Source of the DNA: Perkinsus olseni
Taxonomy: Eukaryota
Reading direction: 5' to 3'
Length of the DNA: 52,027 nt
Assembly (NCBI GenBank): GCA_013115125.1
Contig: JABANN010000034.1
Coordinates: forward strand, 62,001-114,027
Shown here: piece after piece, positions 10,847 to 23,294 of the stretch
Layout: every line of letters starts with the position of its first letter
How positions within the stretch are numbered: the first letter of the stretch is position 1
Program-made: the position numbers and the translations under genes
Notes under the pieces: model-generated
Told to the model about the DNA's origin: nothing
What the model saw: the letters and a program-made list of their open reading frames with translations, nothing else
Database searches by the model: none

Positions 10847-11860
10847 CTAGTGTTTCTTGGCAAAATCGACACCCCTCTGAATATCTTCCTCGAGCTTCGT
10901 CTCAACAGCCTGCAGCCTCCCCTCCTCGTACTCATTCAACTCAGGCAAGCCCTCTACCTTTGCCACCTCACAATCATTCCCGAACTTGCACTTTGCCGCA
11001 AAGTACTCTAGACCTCCCACAGGCTTCTTCACGAAGGCATATGCCGACTGACCCTGGACGATCTTGTCGACGAAAACAGCAGCAGCGTAGGCCATGGACA
11101 AAGTAGCGGACCCGGCACCCTGCTTCGCCTCCACTACCTCTGTCCCCGCGTTCTGTATGCGCTCGTCCAGCTGCTTGACCGTCGCCGCATCCAATTTGTG
11201 GGGCGGGAAGGCATGGGAGAAGACCGGCATGATAGTCTCGCCAGCATGACCGCCTATCACCGGCACCTCCACTTTATCCACGGCGAAGTTGATCTTGTTC
11301 GAGAAGAAGGTATTGGCTCGAACAGAGTCCAGAGTTGTGACACCCACCAGTCTACGCCAGTCAAAAACGCCTGCCTTCTTCAACGTCTCAGCGGCGATGG
11401 GCACGGTCGAGTTGACAGGGTTAGAGACCACACACAAGGTGGCCTTAGGCGCGTATTCAGCGCAGGATTTCGACAAGCCCATAACGATCTTAGCGTTGAT
11501 GTCAAAAAGATCGTCCCTGGTCATGCCAGGCTTCCTCGGTACACCTGCAGTCATGATGACGAGCTTGGCGTCCCTGAGCGCCTCCGCGATCTCCTCCTCT
11601 CCCGCATAGCCCGTCACTTTAGCGTTGGAGTCGATGTGGCTGATATCAGCCGCCACGCCTTTGCAGGGAGTAGCTGCCTGCTGTATATCGTAAAGAGCAA
11701 GCTCCTTGATGGCCGGGTTCATCTTCAGTAGCAAAGCCAATGGTTGGCCAATCCCACCAGAGGCACCCAACAGGCATACCTTCGAGACCTGGCTGCTGAA
11801 GCCACGGGCCATCATCGCTCTCGATGCCGCTGCCACGAAGGGGCGCTGCAGGATCGACAT
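10847..11860 (-). CDS. MDH: Mitochondrial-type malate dehydrogenase (intronless)
   Basis: Transit-peptide-like MSILQRPFVAAASRAMMARGFSS, then LGASGGIGQPL, AGVPRKPGMTRDDLF, SNPVNSTVP, GVTTLD, VIGGHAG, AGSATLSMA. Confidence 0.96.
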   Translation of the reverse strand: MSILQRPFVAAASRAMMARGFSSQVSKVCLLGASGGIGQPLALLLKMNPAIKELALYDIQQAATPCKGVAADISHIDSNAKVTGYAGEEEIAEALRDAKLVIMTAGVPRKPGMTRDDLFDINAKIVMGLSKSCAEYAPKATLCVVSNPVNSTVPIAAETLKKAGVFDWRRLVGVTTLDSVRANTFFSNKINFAVDKVEVPVIGGHAGETIMPVFSHAFPPHKLDAATVKQLDERIQNAGTEVVEAKQGAGSATLSMAYAAAVFVDKIVQGQSAYAFVKKPVGGLEYFAAKCKFGNDCEVAKVEGLPELNEYEEGRLQAVETKLEEDIQRGVDFAKKH

Positions 11861-11959
11861 AACAAAAAGCCAAAACTCAGACATGACGCAGAACTCCGCC
11901 CGGGACACCGTCAACGAGAAACCGCCGAGAGAAAGAAACCACACACAGGATAAGGAATA

Positions 11960-14900
11960 CTACAACTGTTTATTAATGATCTCATTGAATAGTTTCTCGT
12001 GGCTGAGCATCTCCGTAGTGACTACGAGGAACCGTCTCCCCTTCCTCTCCACCGCCGACAGCCTCCGTAATGCTGCAATCTCACCGTAGGTCACTCCACC
12101 AACAAAGCACACTACAACCACCTATAGACGAGCATGTCATTCACGGGGAGCCAGTGACTATCGACACACCCACCTTGTCGCCCTTGCCAACGGTTCCCTC
12201 CTGATCTACACTACCGGGCAAAATTTCAGGCCTAGCCCCACATGCAACCTGAAGACAAAGCTGCAGCGAACCGCTCCCCTGACCTAAGGTTTCCTCCGGG
12301 CGGCGGTTGTATACGGACCTCAATGGCAGGTCCCCACAGCAAGTTGAGGTTCTCCGCAGCCCCTCGCCATCCATTGGGTTGAGCCTCTGTCAACTCGACT
12401 AACCGTATGGACAAGGGAGCATAGCCCGAGTAAGCGTACGCTATGCCGGTATCAGCCGCTATGTTGGAACCTGGCGAAGGATGGTAATGGGCGACCGGTG
12501 TCAATACGCCAACGATAATAGCGACTACATCACATAACGTCAAACGATAGTGAGTAAGGTGGGAACAAGTAGGGCAAATTCCGGTAGTTCTCTCCAGAGA
12601 TGCAGCTCACACCTGAATTAGATTCACCATCATCGTCCTCCGGACCACCACCAGCGACAACCAGGTTGAACGCCTGCTTCATCCTCTGCCATTTGCCGGA
12701 GCCACTTGATACCAAGTCAGCGCCGGTGTCGCTGGACAGCTTCAACAGCCCACACGCGGTCATATGATGCAACATGGGGACGATCAGTTTAGGACCGTAC
12801 CTAAGAGGCACAAGAGCATCCTAGCTCGCCTCAGGGTGCGGCACATACCATTCGATCAGGTTTTTGGTGAGGGCCTTAAAGGTCTTCATCTTAATGCCTC
12901 CGTTCACTACACTGCAAAGGCATATCAGCCGGAGTACGCGATCGAGCGGTTGGGATCCCGGAGTCTGTCAGGGCAATAGCAACAGCAGAGAAAAACAACA
13001 CGGCTGCATCCTTACCGGCTGTTGGCCATCCTTCACAGGCTGGGGTAAGTTGGGCTCCATCATATCATTGACGATATCGACCAGCTGAGCGGGGGTTATC
13101 GCCCCGGACATGAGACCGTCCTCAACCTGCGAGTGGTGGACATCGTGTAAGCCCAGTGGCAATGATAGCCTACCTGCCACTGTTGCTGAAACCAAGGCAT
13201 TTGAGTGAGGGCACTCGTGAAGCTGGCCAGGTTAACATGGTCCGCGAGAGAGGCATGTTCCGCTTGGGCAGACTTGAACTTGTCCATGTACATCTTCATC
13301 TGGGGTATGTCTGATAGCCGATCCTTCTCGCTGTACCTGATCAAGTACCGCCACTACAGTCACAGGCCGATCCTCCAATGACCCCTGACGATGAAAAGGT
13401 AGTGCACCATAGTGATGGCAGATGGACCGGATGCTCCAGTATTGGATACTCACGTCTCCTGAATTTGGCTGGCCTTCTTGTGCAGCAATGGTCCAAGCAC
13501 CTCCATTCGTAGGTCCCTTATACGATCAAAAAGTTTGTCGTTGGAGTTCAACACCACCGTCTTCCTCTCTGGCAAGATCGGCTCCCCAACATCTATGTAT
13601 CTGCCCATACAAATCAACCTGCCACCCCCAAAAAATAGCGAGCATTTTAACCATCACACTGACTGAGTGTTCTCTCTCGCGCGAGCAACCAACAACAATC
13701 CTCGAGCAAAGGTCCCCCCAGCAGCATACTACCCATATCTGATGCCGAGGCATCTGTCCAGTAGACTCTCGTAAGTGAATTGTGTGCAGAGGACCGAGAA
13801 GAGATCCGTGCGTCTATCGATGACTATGAACTCCTCTATCTTCAGCCCCTTGCTGGTCACTGTCTCCGGTAGTAGCGGCTTCCGCCGACCTCCCCCCAGG
13901 CTGGGCCCAGCAGAAGCTTCGGGAGTGACCAGGTGGCCAATCGGAGGAGCCCTAGGCCGGGGCTGGGAACTGGCAGCATTACAAATACCCGTGAAAGGTT
14001 CTACATCCCTTGAGAACCCATCCTGTTCCCATTACCTCCCATCACCAGTGAATGCCGCCTTCTCCCCCTCGTCCACGGGAGCTCCCGCTTCATCATCCTC
14101 CTTAGTCAATCTCAAAACATAGTCGACAACGTACTTAGCAGCCGTTCCTATCGCGTTCATCTTGAGAACTCTACGACCTACAAGAAAAAGAAACTGTCTT
14201 CAGCAGACAACGCTGACAGTTGCCATGGTACTACCTGCCTGCCGGGAAACGCCCAGACCAGCACCGAAATTGCGCTGCAGGTCGTGCAAAGTCTCAGCCA
14301 GTAGCGAGAGAGGGGTAGGGTCGGAGCGGATGTGGAAGTCTCGGAATGCACCTGAGAGAAGGAATACCCTGATCTCCGTGAAAGACCGTACTTAAGATCA
14401 GATGTGAAGATACAACACGGATGAGGAATTAAGAATGGTGTGATAATGGAACATAGATGTGGAAGTTAAAGTCCTGCAAAACTTAACAAGTAGAATAGAG
14501 GAGTACTTCTACATCGACATTATAATGTGAGGACTATCATTGCATCATCGTATCAGTAGCTATCCATATAGTCGCCATGCCTACCAGGTTGGTCAATAGT
14601 GATAACATCACCCTCGACACAGAGGCCCATCAGATGTAGTGGCAAGACCTCCGCCAAGCTGGACATTACCATCCTCTGCTGTAGACGGCCGAGGACGAGG
14701 TGGGAAATATAAGGCACACAGATGAGGGTGTATCTGAGGGGCTCTGCATTCCCACAGCCCCAGAAGGAAGTCTACGCACTACGTCCTCTCGAAGGCACTC
14801 TCCTTGTTGGCTTTCAGTCGGCCGTCGTCCGCTAGGATCTTCTCTGCCACCAGATCAATCATCGCCAGCGTATCCGAACTTTGTGCATGAACCATAAAAA

Positions 14901-15315
14901 TAATCTGAAAAGTCCCTGGGGATCTCAAAGCCTGGTCGATCAACGGCGAGGCGACCTGCTTAGAATCCTGAGCGGCAGCAGCATCCCCGGCCGAGTCCGC
15001 GTCTAACTTCCTCCATAAGTCAACACCGTGGGACTTCAAGTCGTCTACCTCTACCAACAGAGAGAGCTCCGGGGAGATGCTTGGGTCCAAATACCTGCTC
15101 ACATGTAGCAAACACTCACAGCAGCTGGTATAGTACATGGTCTTGGCCCCCTGGACATGATCGTGCAAGATGTCGAGCAGCTCTCTCCGCATCGACCATC
15201 TCCATGCTGCCAGATCCACAGGGGCATTGTCCAACTTGGGAGCTCCCGAACCTCGACTGGACGATGAGGAAGAGGAGCTTGCCGCAGCAACGGTGGGAGC
15301 GGCAGGAAGAGCCAT
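11960..15315 (-). CDS. VPS33: VPS33-like Sec1/Munc18 family protein, multi-exon
   Basis: Exons encode RRELLDILHDHVQGAKTM, YLDPSISPELSLL, VIDRRTDLFSVLCTQFTYESLLD, LADHVNLA, AYAYSGYAPLSIRLVE and VCFVGGVTYGEIAALR. TAG at 11960-11962. Confidence 0.88.
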
Positions 15316-15403
15316 GGGCAAACAACCAAGCCCTAGTCCTTGCGTCGACCCCCGGCAGCACAACGAAAACGGTGAAGGAAAACCCAGAGAATCGTTGTTG
15401 AGC

Positions 15404-18023
15404 CTATCGTTCCCTCCGTCGCTTCCTGTCGTCTTCCTCTTCTCGATCTGATATGTCCGAGACGTCATCTGATGAGGACTCGTCCCTCTTGGCTCTACTC
15501 TTCGAAGTTGCCCCTAAAACACCTCCGCGGATGCAAGCAGCCAAAACAGCAACAATCGAGAGAGCGTCGTAAGAGGCCCCCAGCGAAACACTTCCACATT
15601 TTCTGCGACCCCTGAAGCACCCAGTCACATGGTAGTCAACACTGGCGAACCGTCACACTATCCACATTGCAGAGAAATCGACAAAGCACGATACCGCCGC
15701 TCACGTCCAACCTCACCTCGACGTCTATCTCCTGATGAAGACCGGCGTCTCCGCCTCTCCCTAGAGCGGTTCCTGTCCTCTGACCTCCTCCTCGAACCCT
15801 CTTCGCGCTCCTCTGACCTTCGACGTTCCGATCGGGACCGTTCCTCCGACCGCCCTCTACGCCTGGATACCCTCCTCTCCCCGTCATCATCCCTGTCACT
15901 CCTTCGTCGGCGTGACGACCTTCTGTACTCCTCCTCGTCGTCTTCATAGCGCTTCCGTCGGTGATCGGCTCTTGAGCGTCTCTCAGCGTCTCGTTCTTCC
16001 GAACGAGTACGCTTACGAGGAGACTTCTCAGATTGCGGGGACTTCTCCCTTCCCTCCTTGCGGCTGGCCTCTTCAGCAACCTCGTCATTCTTATCATCTT
16101 TAGGATCCTTCTTAGGCTCGGCAGAGCCCTCTCTGACGCCCTTCTTCGTCGGAGCTGCCACGTCGAAGGCCTGCACAGTATGTTAGTGCTCCGCGCACCT
16201 CCATCCCGCCAGCACTACATTCTTCGGCTTCTTATGGCCATGATCATTTTGAGACTCAGCGCGCTCTGATCTTGCCTGACGCTCCTTCTCCATCTCTAGC
16301 TGGGCTCTCCTCTGGCGAGCCTCTCGACGGACCTAGTCGAAGCTCGATAACCTGCCCCTAGAGTACCTCCCACTCCCTACCTCCTTGGATATGTCATTGA
16401 AGATGTCATAGGGCTGGCTCGAATTACGACTGCCGATAAGATCGATGTAGGCCTCTCGGTCCTTCAGATCCTTGTGGAGGTCGAACCAAGACACACCATC
16501 TGCACCGGAAGATTCCCCGTCAGTGCCACCGGGGACCGTACTGTGGATTTGTTCCATGTAGTCATGCACGAGCATTTCTCTAAACTTATCCCTATGCTTC
16601 CGCTCAGCCCGACGCCTGGCCTTCTCCCGCTCGATCTACAGGAAAGACACCACTCGCAGATGCCACGTGGAGCGATTGTGGGCGACGAGCCAGGTTATTG
16701 CATGACCCGTGACTACTACCTTGTATTTCTCATCGGCCTCCTTAATCCATCGTTCCCAAACTGCCAGTCTATCCAGCGGCTCTACTGCTCGGAATTCCTC
16801 AGGAAACTTCTCGGCCATGAAGTGACAGACATCATTCCACCTGATAGCGCTTATTTCAAATCGAGCACCAACGGTTCAGAGAGCGCGCGTCGATTAATTT
16901 TGCGCTGCCTTCATGCTACGATGCTCACTGACGCATAAAAAGCTTTTCCGCCAGCCCCAAACCTCGTCTTACTTGGTGAGCCTATTGACTTGTGGGTGCT
17001 TCGAATACACAAGGAAAAGCTTATCCATCTTGCGGATCCTGTCACGTCTGCTGATGTCTCGCATCTTGTTCTCGTTCTCATCCATAAAGTCCTGGAAGAT
17101 GTGGTCCAGATCCTACAAGGAGAGACTCTACATCATTCTGTCAGTAATGATGAGCTCAACAAGATCCAATAGATTTTAACGCGCTACCAAATTGCCGAGT
17201 CGGCCGGCCACCCGAGGGCCATCAGGATCAGGCGAGTGAATGATCACGCAAGGCAGTCTCTCCCGCACAGTACATCCTCATGCGTAAACTTCCAGAAGTC
17301 CTTCTTCCGCCAGGCATAGGCCAAGTCCCGGAAAGTAACATTCTCGAAGGTAAGAGCTGATCGTGAAAAAGGGTTGTGCCCATATTCTCAGCCACCGTGC
17401 CGATAAACGAGGACAAGTGCCCGGAATGGGCGAGTGAGTCGGGTATTACGACTGCCATCCTCCATCAAAGCGGCCGCCGAGTCCTCCTCTGGCTTCTTAG
17501 CTTCATCAATTATGGTAGGAACTTCGGTGCTCACAGCCTCGGCTTCCTTCTTCTGCGCCTCGGCCTCTTCCTCTTTCTGCGCATGCAACCACTTATCCAA
17601 CTGCTCCTGATCATCGTCACGACGACGACCTCGATCCTCTTATAAAGTCCATCCGTCACTACTCTGAACTCTTTCTTCGCTGCCATTTCTCGATGGCGGC
17701 CCTCAGTCTGTTCGAACTTAACTCGCCGGCTCTGGTACTCGGACAAGAACTGCTTACGCTGGCCTGCACCGGTCGGGTTTCGCTCAGGCTCGAATATTCA
17801 CAATCGTACCGTTGTTCTTGCATAGTCCGAAACGCCAGTCATCTTTGATGATCTTCTCAACTTCATGCCACTTCATCCTGATATCCACAAAGATCCGTCG
17901 CGCACAGCGAAGGTTTCTAACCCACTTAGAGGTTATCTCGTATTCCTCTAGCATTCTGTGGAACGCCTCCTTCCGTTCCTTCTCGGACATGTCCGTAGTA
18001 GAGTTTGCATTCTTGTCAGACAT
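15404..18023 (-). CDS. PRP40: Prp40-like FF-domain splicing factor with Arg/Ser/Glu-rich C-terminus, multi-exon
   Basis: FF-repeat signatures (RKEAFHRMLEEYEITSKMKWHEVEKIIKDDWRF, RKQFLSEYQ, PLDRLAVWERWI, GSRNSSQPYDIF) followed by a long RS/RE low-complexity tail ending ...DDRKRRRER-stop at 15404. Confidence 0.75.
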
Positions 18024-18960
18024 CCCAGGCTCGAGAGGTGACGCTACGAATGACCCTACTTCTGCAGGAGCGGGAACAACTAGACGCTGATCAGAAGATG
18101 TTCACCGAGGCCTTGGCACGATGAGGATGACCTCCAATCCACCACATCCCATTCACTGGGCGATTTAGCCAGCGTAAAAACTCAAACTCAATTCATTTCT
18201 ACCGGCAATCAAGATTGTACCGTGTTTAGTCTGAACGGCGCTCGAAGAAACGACGCTGATTCATTTCAGTATTAAGCGCATGGCTGAACAAGACAGAACT
18301 GGAAACGATTTGAGGGTAAGAAAGATTTGTTCGGTCCTTCGTGAGGTTCTTCGCGACCTTGCAGGTGCTTGGACGTCAGCTTTCCCATGCAGGACCACCC
18401 GTGAAGTCTTGGGACTGATCTCTTGAATTTGCGGAAGATATTCACGAAACCGCCGAATCTGGCGGGCGATATTCAAGTTGTCGAATCTGGCATCTGCGCG
18501 AGCAACTCCCTCGGGGGTGTAAAGCGTGGCACTGCCACGGTGGCAGAAAACTTTGAGAGGTTCTGCGAAGCGTAGTTTGCAGCGGAACCTGAGTAACACT
18601 GGTCGGAATGCCTCAACAGCCAAACTCTCTCTACGCAGACATCGTGGGCTTCATTGTGCAGCATTGTCTATTCGCCCACTTACGCCCGTTTCACAACCGC
18701 CACCTTAACCTCCGGCCGTCTGATGCCAAGCAACGGTGCACGAAGCCTCACGGCAATACTTTAGCTGATTTGGAGACGATTGCTCGTCAGCATCACACCC
18801 TGACCCATCCGACAAAACCGCAGGCTATAGGCTACACTGGCGTACCTCAGGATGCGCCGCAATAGATCAGAATTCCGCGCGCGGTTGACATTTGGCTTCG
18901 CTTGCGCTATAGCTATCTCACCCTTCCAGGCTTTCTCAAGTCAATCACACTTCAATCAAC

Positions 18961-20046
18961 ATGCCTTACACTACCGGTTACAAGTACGAGTCTGAGCTCA
19001 TCGCCACCGCCAACGCCATCTGCGCTGCTGGCAAGGGTATCTTGGCCGCCGATGAGTCCACCGGCACCATCAAGAAGCGTTTCGACGGCGCTGGTATCGT
19101 CAACACTGAGGAGAACCGTGCCGCCTACAGGTCTCTTCTTTTCACCACCCCCGGCCTCGGTGAGTACATCTCCGGTGCCATCCTCTACGAGGAGACCCTC
19201 TTCCAGAAGAACGCCGAGGGTATCGAGATGGTCGAGCTTTTGAAGAAGCAGAACATCATCCCCGGTATCAAGGTCGATAAGGGACTCACCATCCTCGCCG
19301 GTACCGACGGTGAGACCTCCACTATGGGTCTCGATGGCCTCGCCGAGCGTTGCCAGAAGTACTACGCTCAGGGTGCCCGCTTCGCCAAGTGGAGAACCGT
19401 CCTTAAGATCGACGAGGCCAAGCAGATGCCTACCCAGCTCTCTATTGAGGAGACCGCCCACAACCTTGCCCGTTACGCCTCCATCTGCCAGGAGAACGGT
19501 CTCGTCCCCATCGTCGAGCCCGAGATCTTGCAGGATGGCGTCCACACCATCGAGACTGACGCTTACGTCACCGAGCGTGTTCTCACCGCCGTCTTCAAGG
19601 CCCTCAACGACAACCACATCCTCCTCGAGGGCTGCTTGCTCAAGCCTAACATGGTTACCGCCGGTGCCGAGTGCCCCGTCCGCCCCACTTCTGAGGAGAT
19701 CGCCAGGTTGACCGTGCGCACCCTTGCCCGCACTGTTCCCCCGGCCCTCGTCGGTGTCACCTTCCTCTCCGGTGGCCAGTCCGAGGAGATGGCTTCCGTC
19801 AACCTCAACGCCATGAACGCCCTCCCCAAGGAGCGTCGCCCTTGGGCTCTCACCTTCTCTTACGGTCGCGCCCTCCAGGCCTCCACCATCAAGACCTGGT
19901 CTGGCAAGGCCGAGAACACCAAGGCTGCCCAGGCTGTCTTGTTGGCCCGCGCCAAGGGCAACTCTGAGGCTCAGCTCGGTAAGTACCAGGGTTCTTCCGA
20001 TGCTACCGCTAACGAGTCCAACTATGTCAAGAACTACGTCTACTAA
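18961..20046 (+). CDS. FBA: Fructose-bisphosphate aldolase class I (intronless, strongly codon-biased)
   Basis: [35 protein letters not shown], Schiff-base Lys in [24 protein letters not shown]-terminal YVY. Confidence 0.98.
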   Translation: MPYTTGYKYESELIATANAICAAGKGILAADESTGTIKKRFDGAGIVNTEENRAAYRSLLFTTPGLGEYISGAILYEETLFQKNAEGIEMVELLKKQNIIPGIKVDKGLTILAGTDGETSTMGLDGLAERCQKYYAQGARFAKWRTVLKIDEAKQMPTQLSIEETAHNLARYASICQENGLVPIVEPEILQDGVHTIETDAYVTERVLTAVFKALNDNHILLEGCLLKPNMVTAGAECPVRPTSEEIARLTVRTLARTVPPALVGVTFLSGGQSEEMASVNLNAMNALPKERRPWALTFSYGRALQASTIKTWSGKAENTKAAQAVLLARAKGNSEAQLGKYQGSSDATANESNYVKNYVY

Positions 20047-21303
20047 GTTCGTCCTTTCGGACTAGTACGTTCCTTGGATGGTAGAGTAAGGTCTTGTGCT
20101 GATTGACTTGTCATCGAATGACCAAGTCGCGTTTTGCGCATTCGAGTTCCTTGTTCTATACATTACTGGTTCATTCTTTAACTTCGACGCCTGGACAGGG
20201 CTGTCACAAACCGTGTATCACGACCAATTCTCGGTGGATTTGAGTTGCCAAGTTGGGGTAGTGGGTGTCGAAGTAGGATAAGCCTCTCAAGAAGTGAGAA
20301 GAGATAAGCGTGAGGTGTCTCCCTGGAGTTGAGCGGTGTGTACGAGCAGGGAATTAAACGTGGAAGCCTTCTGATTAAGATAACGAATAAGAAATTCGTA
20401 GCACTCGAGCATGTACAGACATGATAGGGTAGTGGAGCTCTATACTGTCGAACAACTTGCAATTGCCACCGCTTTTTTTCTTTCCTCGAGGTCTCCATAC
20501 CGCTCCTCTCTGAATGTTGCCGAAGCAGCAGGAGCTACTCCTATGCAACACTATGGATCTCGGGAGCTTCTCCCTCGTGTTCTGATTTAGCGCTGAGGCG
20601 TGTTCCTAGTAGATGCGTGTGATTCCGATGGTCCCAGTCCCGTAGAGCTGTAGCAGGCCCCCCTGACCCCCTCCCCTGGCACCGAGCAGCACCGCCTTGG
20701 CGATTCCCTGAAGTAGGCTAATCACTGAGGTAGTTGCAATGGTCGGGAAGTAGTGGTCGAGATCTCCCCTAAGCTGGCCCGCCAGGCGGTGGCTGCAAGC
20801 CTCCCTGTGCAGGGCCAAGCTCCCAGCCAGACTGAGAGAGTCGGCACCTTTCTTCAGACGCACTAAGTTGCGGGTCTCTACAGTGTAGCCGATAGCCATA
20901 TGCTATACTTCAAACTTGGTCGCTGGCAGTACTGGTTTGTTTGGTCGAGTGGAGTCACTCTCGTGTGTTGCTGCGTTTCTAGCGTTGTCTTTGACTTGAC
21001 CAACTTGCCTCACCCGCTAACTTGCTAGCAATACGCACTACATCAGCCTGACCCGAAAAGCATTGCACAGTATACACAGACTAACAGCTTATCCCTGCAT
21101 CTGCAGTTGTCTCAACTTTCCTTCGGGGTTTGAACAACAGGGCTAAGGGTAGAAGTGGAAAACAACGCGATTGCGCGTTTTCGATCTTATATGCATTGCT
21201 TCTCAACTTGCTGTTAGTCAAATTGCTTCAACCCGCAGTTCCACAAAGTGTATGACACGCGATCGCTCGCGGTCTGACGCTACTCCTAGTTATCCCCGTA
21301 CAG

Positions 21304-21362
21304 GGCATCCTACCCACGACTCGTGGGTAGGATGCCACGTGGGCCACTCGTGGGCCACGAGT
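21304..21362. repeat. Two adjacent perfect palindromes (16-bp and 8-bp arms, 1-nt centres)
   Basis: ggcatcctacccacga-c-tcgtgggtaggatgcc (21304-21336) and actcgtgg-g-ccacgagt (21346-21362). Confidence 0.9.
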
Positions 21363-23294
21363 AACTCTCAATAAACGGATGAAGGTTTCGGGTTAAAATG
21401 TTCCTTGGGGTTTAGCGTTCGAGGGCTCATCCATGTATACTAGTGGGTGCGGACAGCCCGCCTCACCGTCAACGCATAACTTTCTCCCCATTACTGAGAA
21501 TTAGCGCAACAACAATTCTGCTTACGCAAGCATACTTTAACTATCACATTCACAGGCAACCCTGAACTATTGTACTTCCAAGCATAACTAACGCCTTCAA
21601 AGAACAACCGCATATCTTTCGTAATGATGAGGGTGGTGAAATTACGATGGAGCAATGAGACACTGTTTCTACGGGGGATTAAGTGGATAAAACACGATCT
21701 TAAGGATATCAATCACAGATTACGAGAAGACAACCGCAATGCTTCTGCCACTTCATCGGCGAGGACCACCACTATCTCCTCCCGGGCAGATAGACAATTT
21801 TGAGAAAGCAATTTACAGTGACCACATCTCAACCTCACGAAGAGGCGGCAAGTCAGATTGATTGTAGAGAGAATGAGGCCACTTATGAAAAAATGAAGGT
21901 ACAGACGGGAGAGCAGTCAACGAAGCAGTGTTGCGAGCCAGTTCATCCTTGCCATACGGGGGCCAAGCAGCAGCCAGAACGACTTCGCAATAGCTCAAAG
22001 AATGACCGCAGTAAACCGTGCGAGTAGCCGTCTCCATCGGCAGATCAACCAGACGATTCTGTCACCATCAGCCTTGCGACAGAGAGGCGCGTGCATCGAT
22101 AGGGAGACTGCGAAGGATGAGCGAAGCCGCAAAGCAGCCAGCAGGACGGCACCCACATCACAGGACCAAAAACCACAGCTTGAGTTACACAGCAATGTAC
22201 CTGAAAAGCGATGCCTTCTAACAGCACTCTACAGGCTCAGCGAACTTACAATAATATCTATTTAATAAGTATTTCATCTAAGGGTTTCTTCTCAAACGGA
22301 CAAGCAGTAGCAGTGGTGATCCGTGATGTTCCCCCTCATCGATGTGGCCACATACTAGGCGTATATCTCTCTCGAGCCAAGCGGGTTCGACGAAGGAAGG
22401 AATCGATATGACAGTATTGTTCTTCACACACAATGTAAACGATGCGAGGCTATACTAGTTGTTCGTAAACGACAAGTCGCGTAGGCTCGGGCGATGAAAT
22501 TGGGGCCGCTTATAAGGCAGAACGAGCCCGGCCTTAACCGTTGGCAATCAACTAAACTGCTACTGCTCCGATTCCACCGCAAAGGCGGCTTCATGCGTCA
22601 GCAGACGCGTTTCGGTCTCTACTCCATACCGACGGGGAGGGCATCGGTGATACCTAGCATGCCAATGAATGCACTCCAGGTCTCGTAAGCCGGGCCATTC
22701 ACCCCTATGGCACTGTGGAGCTGGCCCCTCGAGAACCAACCCGCCTCTTCGGGCTCAGGCGCCGTGGGAGCTTCTCTGCTACCACTGCGACCTAGCAGTA
22801 AAGACGTAATGGAGCCACAAGCTGAATAGGAGGCACAACGCGATAAAGCAAACACGGCAGAATCTGCTGCACTCACCCCGATTCTTAGGAGGCTGCGACG
22901 ACACGACCCGTCGCTCCTCATTGGGACTCAGATCATGAGGACTGTACTTGAGATCCGCCGTGACCGTCTGTGTCTCGTCAGATGGCGAGCTAGGATGATC
23001 CTAAAATCATAAGCTATGACAACACAACTCTGGCGAGACATCTCTCGAAAGCTCAAGACCAGAAGGCCCCGATTGCCTTCAACAACTTTTTGTGGTAAAT
23101 CGTCAATCAGCAGCATCAGAATTACGTTACGCAGACAGGCAGCAATGAGATAATTTAATCATTAATATAATTTCCTATCCAAGTAATGGTGCGATAATGT
23201 ATTAGTTAACTGTGGCAGCAATGTTGTTATGTTGTTGACAGTAGTGGAAGATCGCCCCGCTCTCATTGGATACATCTCGATATCATCAACATTT

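Noticed and set aside
18952-19853. Long antisense and alternative-frame ORFs over aldolase (likewise over MDH at 11198-11731)
   Set aside because: Shadow ORFs caused by strong codon bias of the real genes.
21480-23120. Short ORFs, including 22619-22921 (-), as genes
   Set aside because: No recognisable domains or consistent exon chain. A small gene cannot be excluded.
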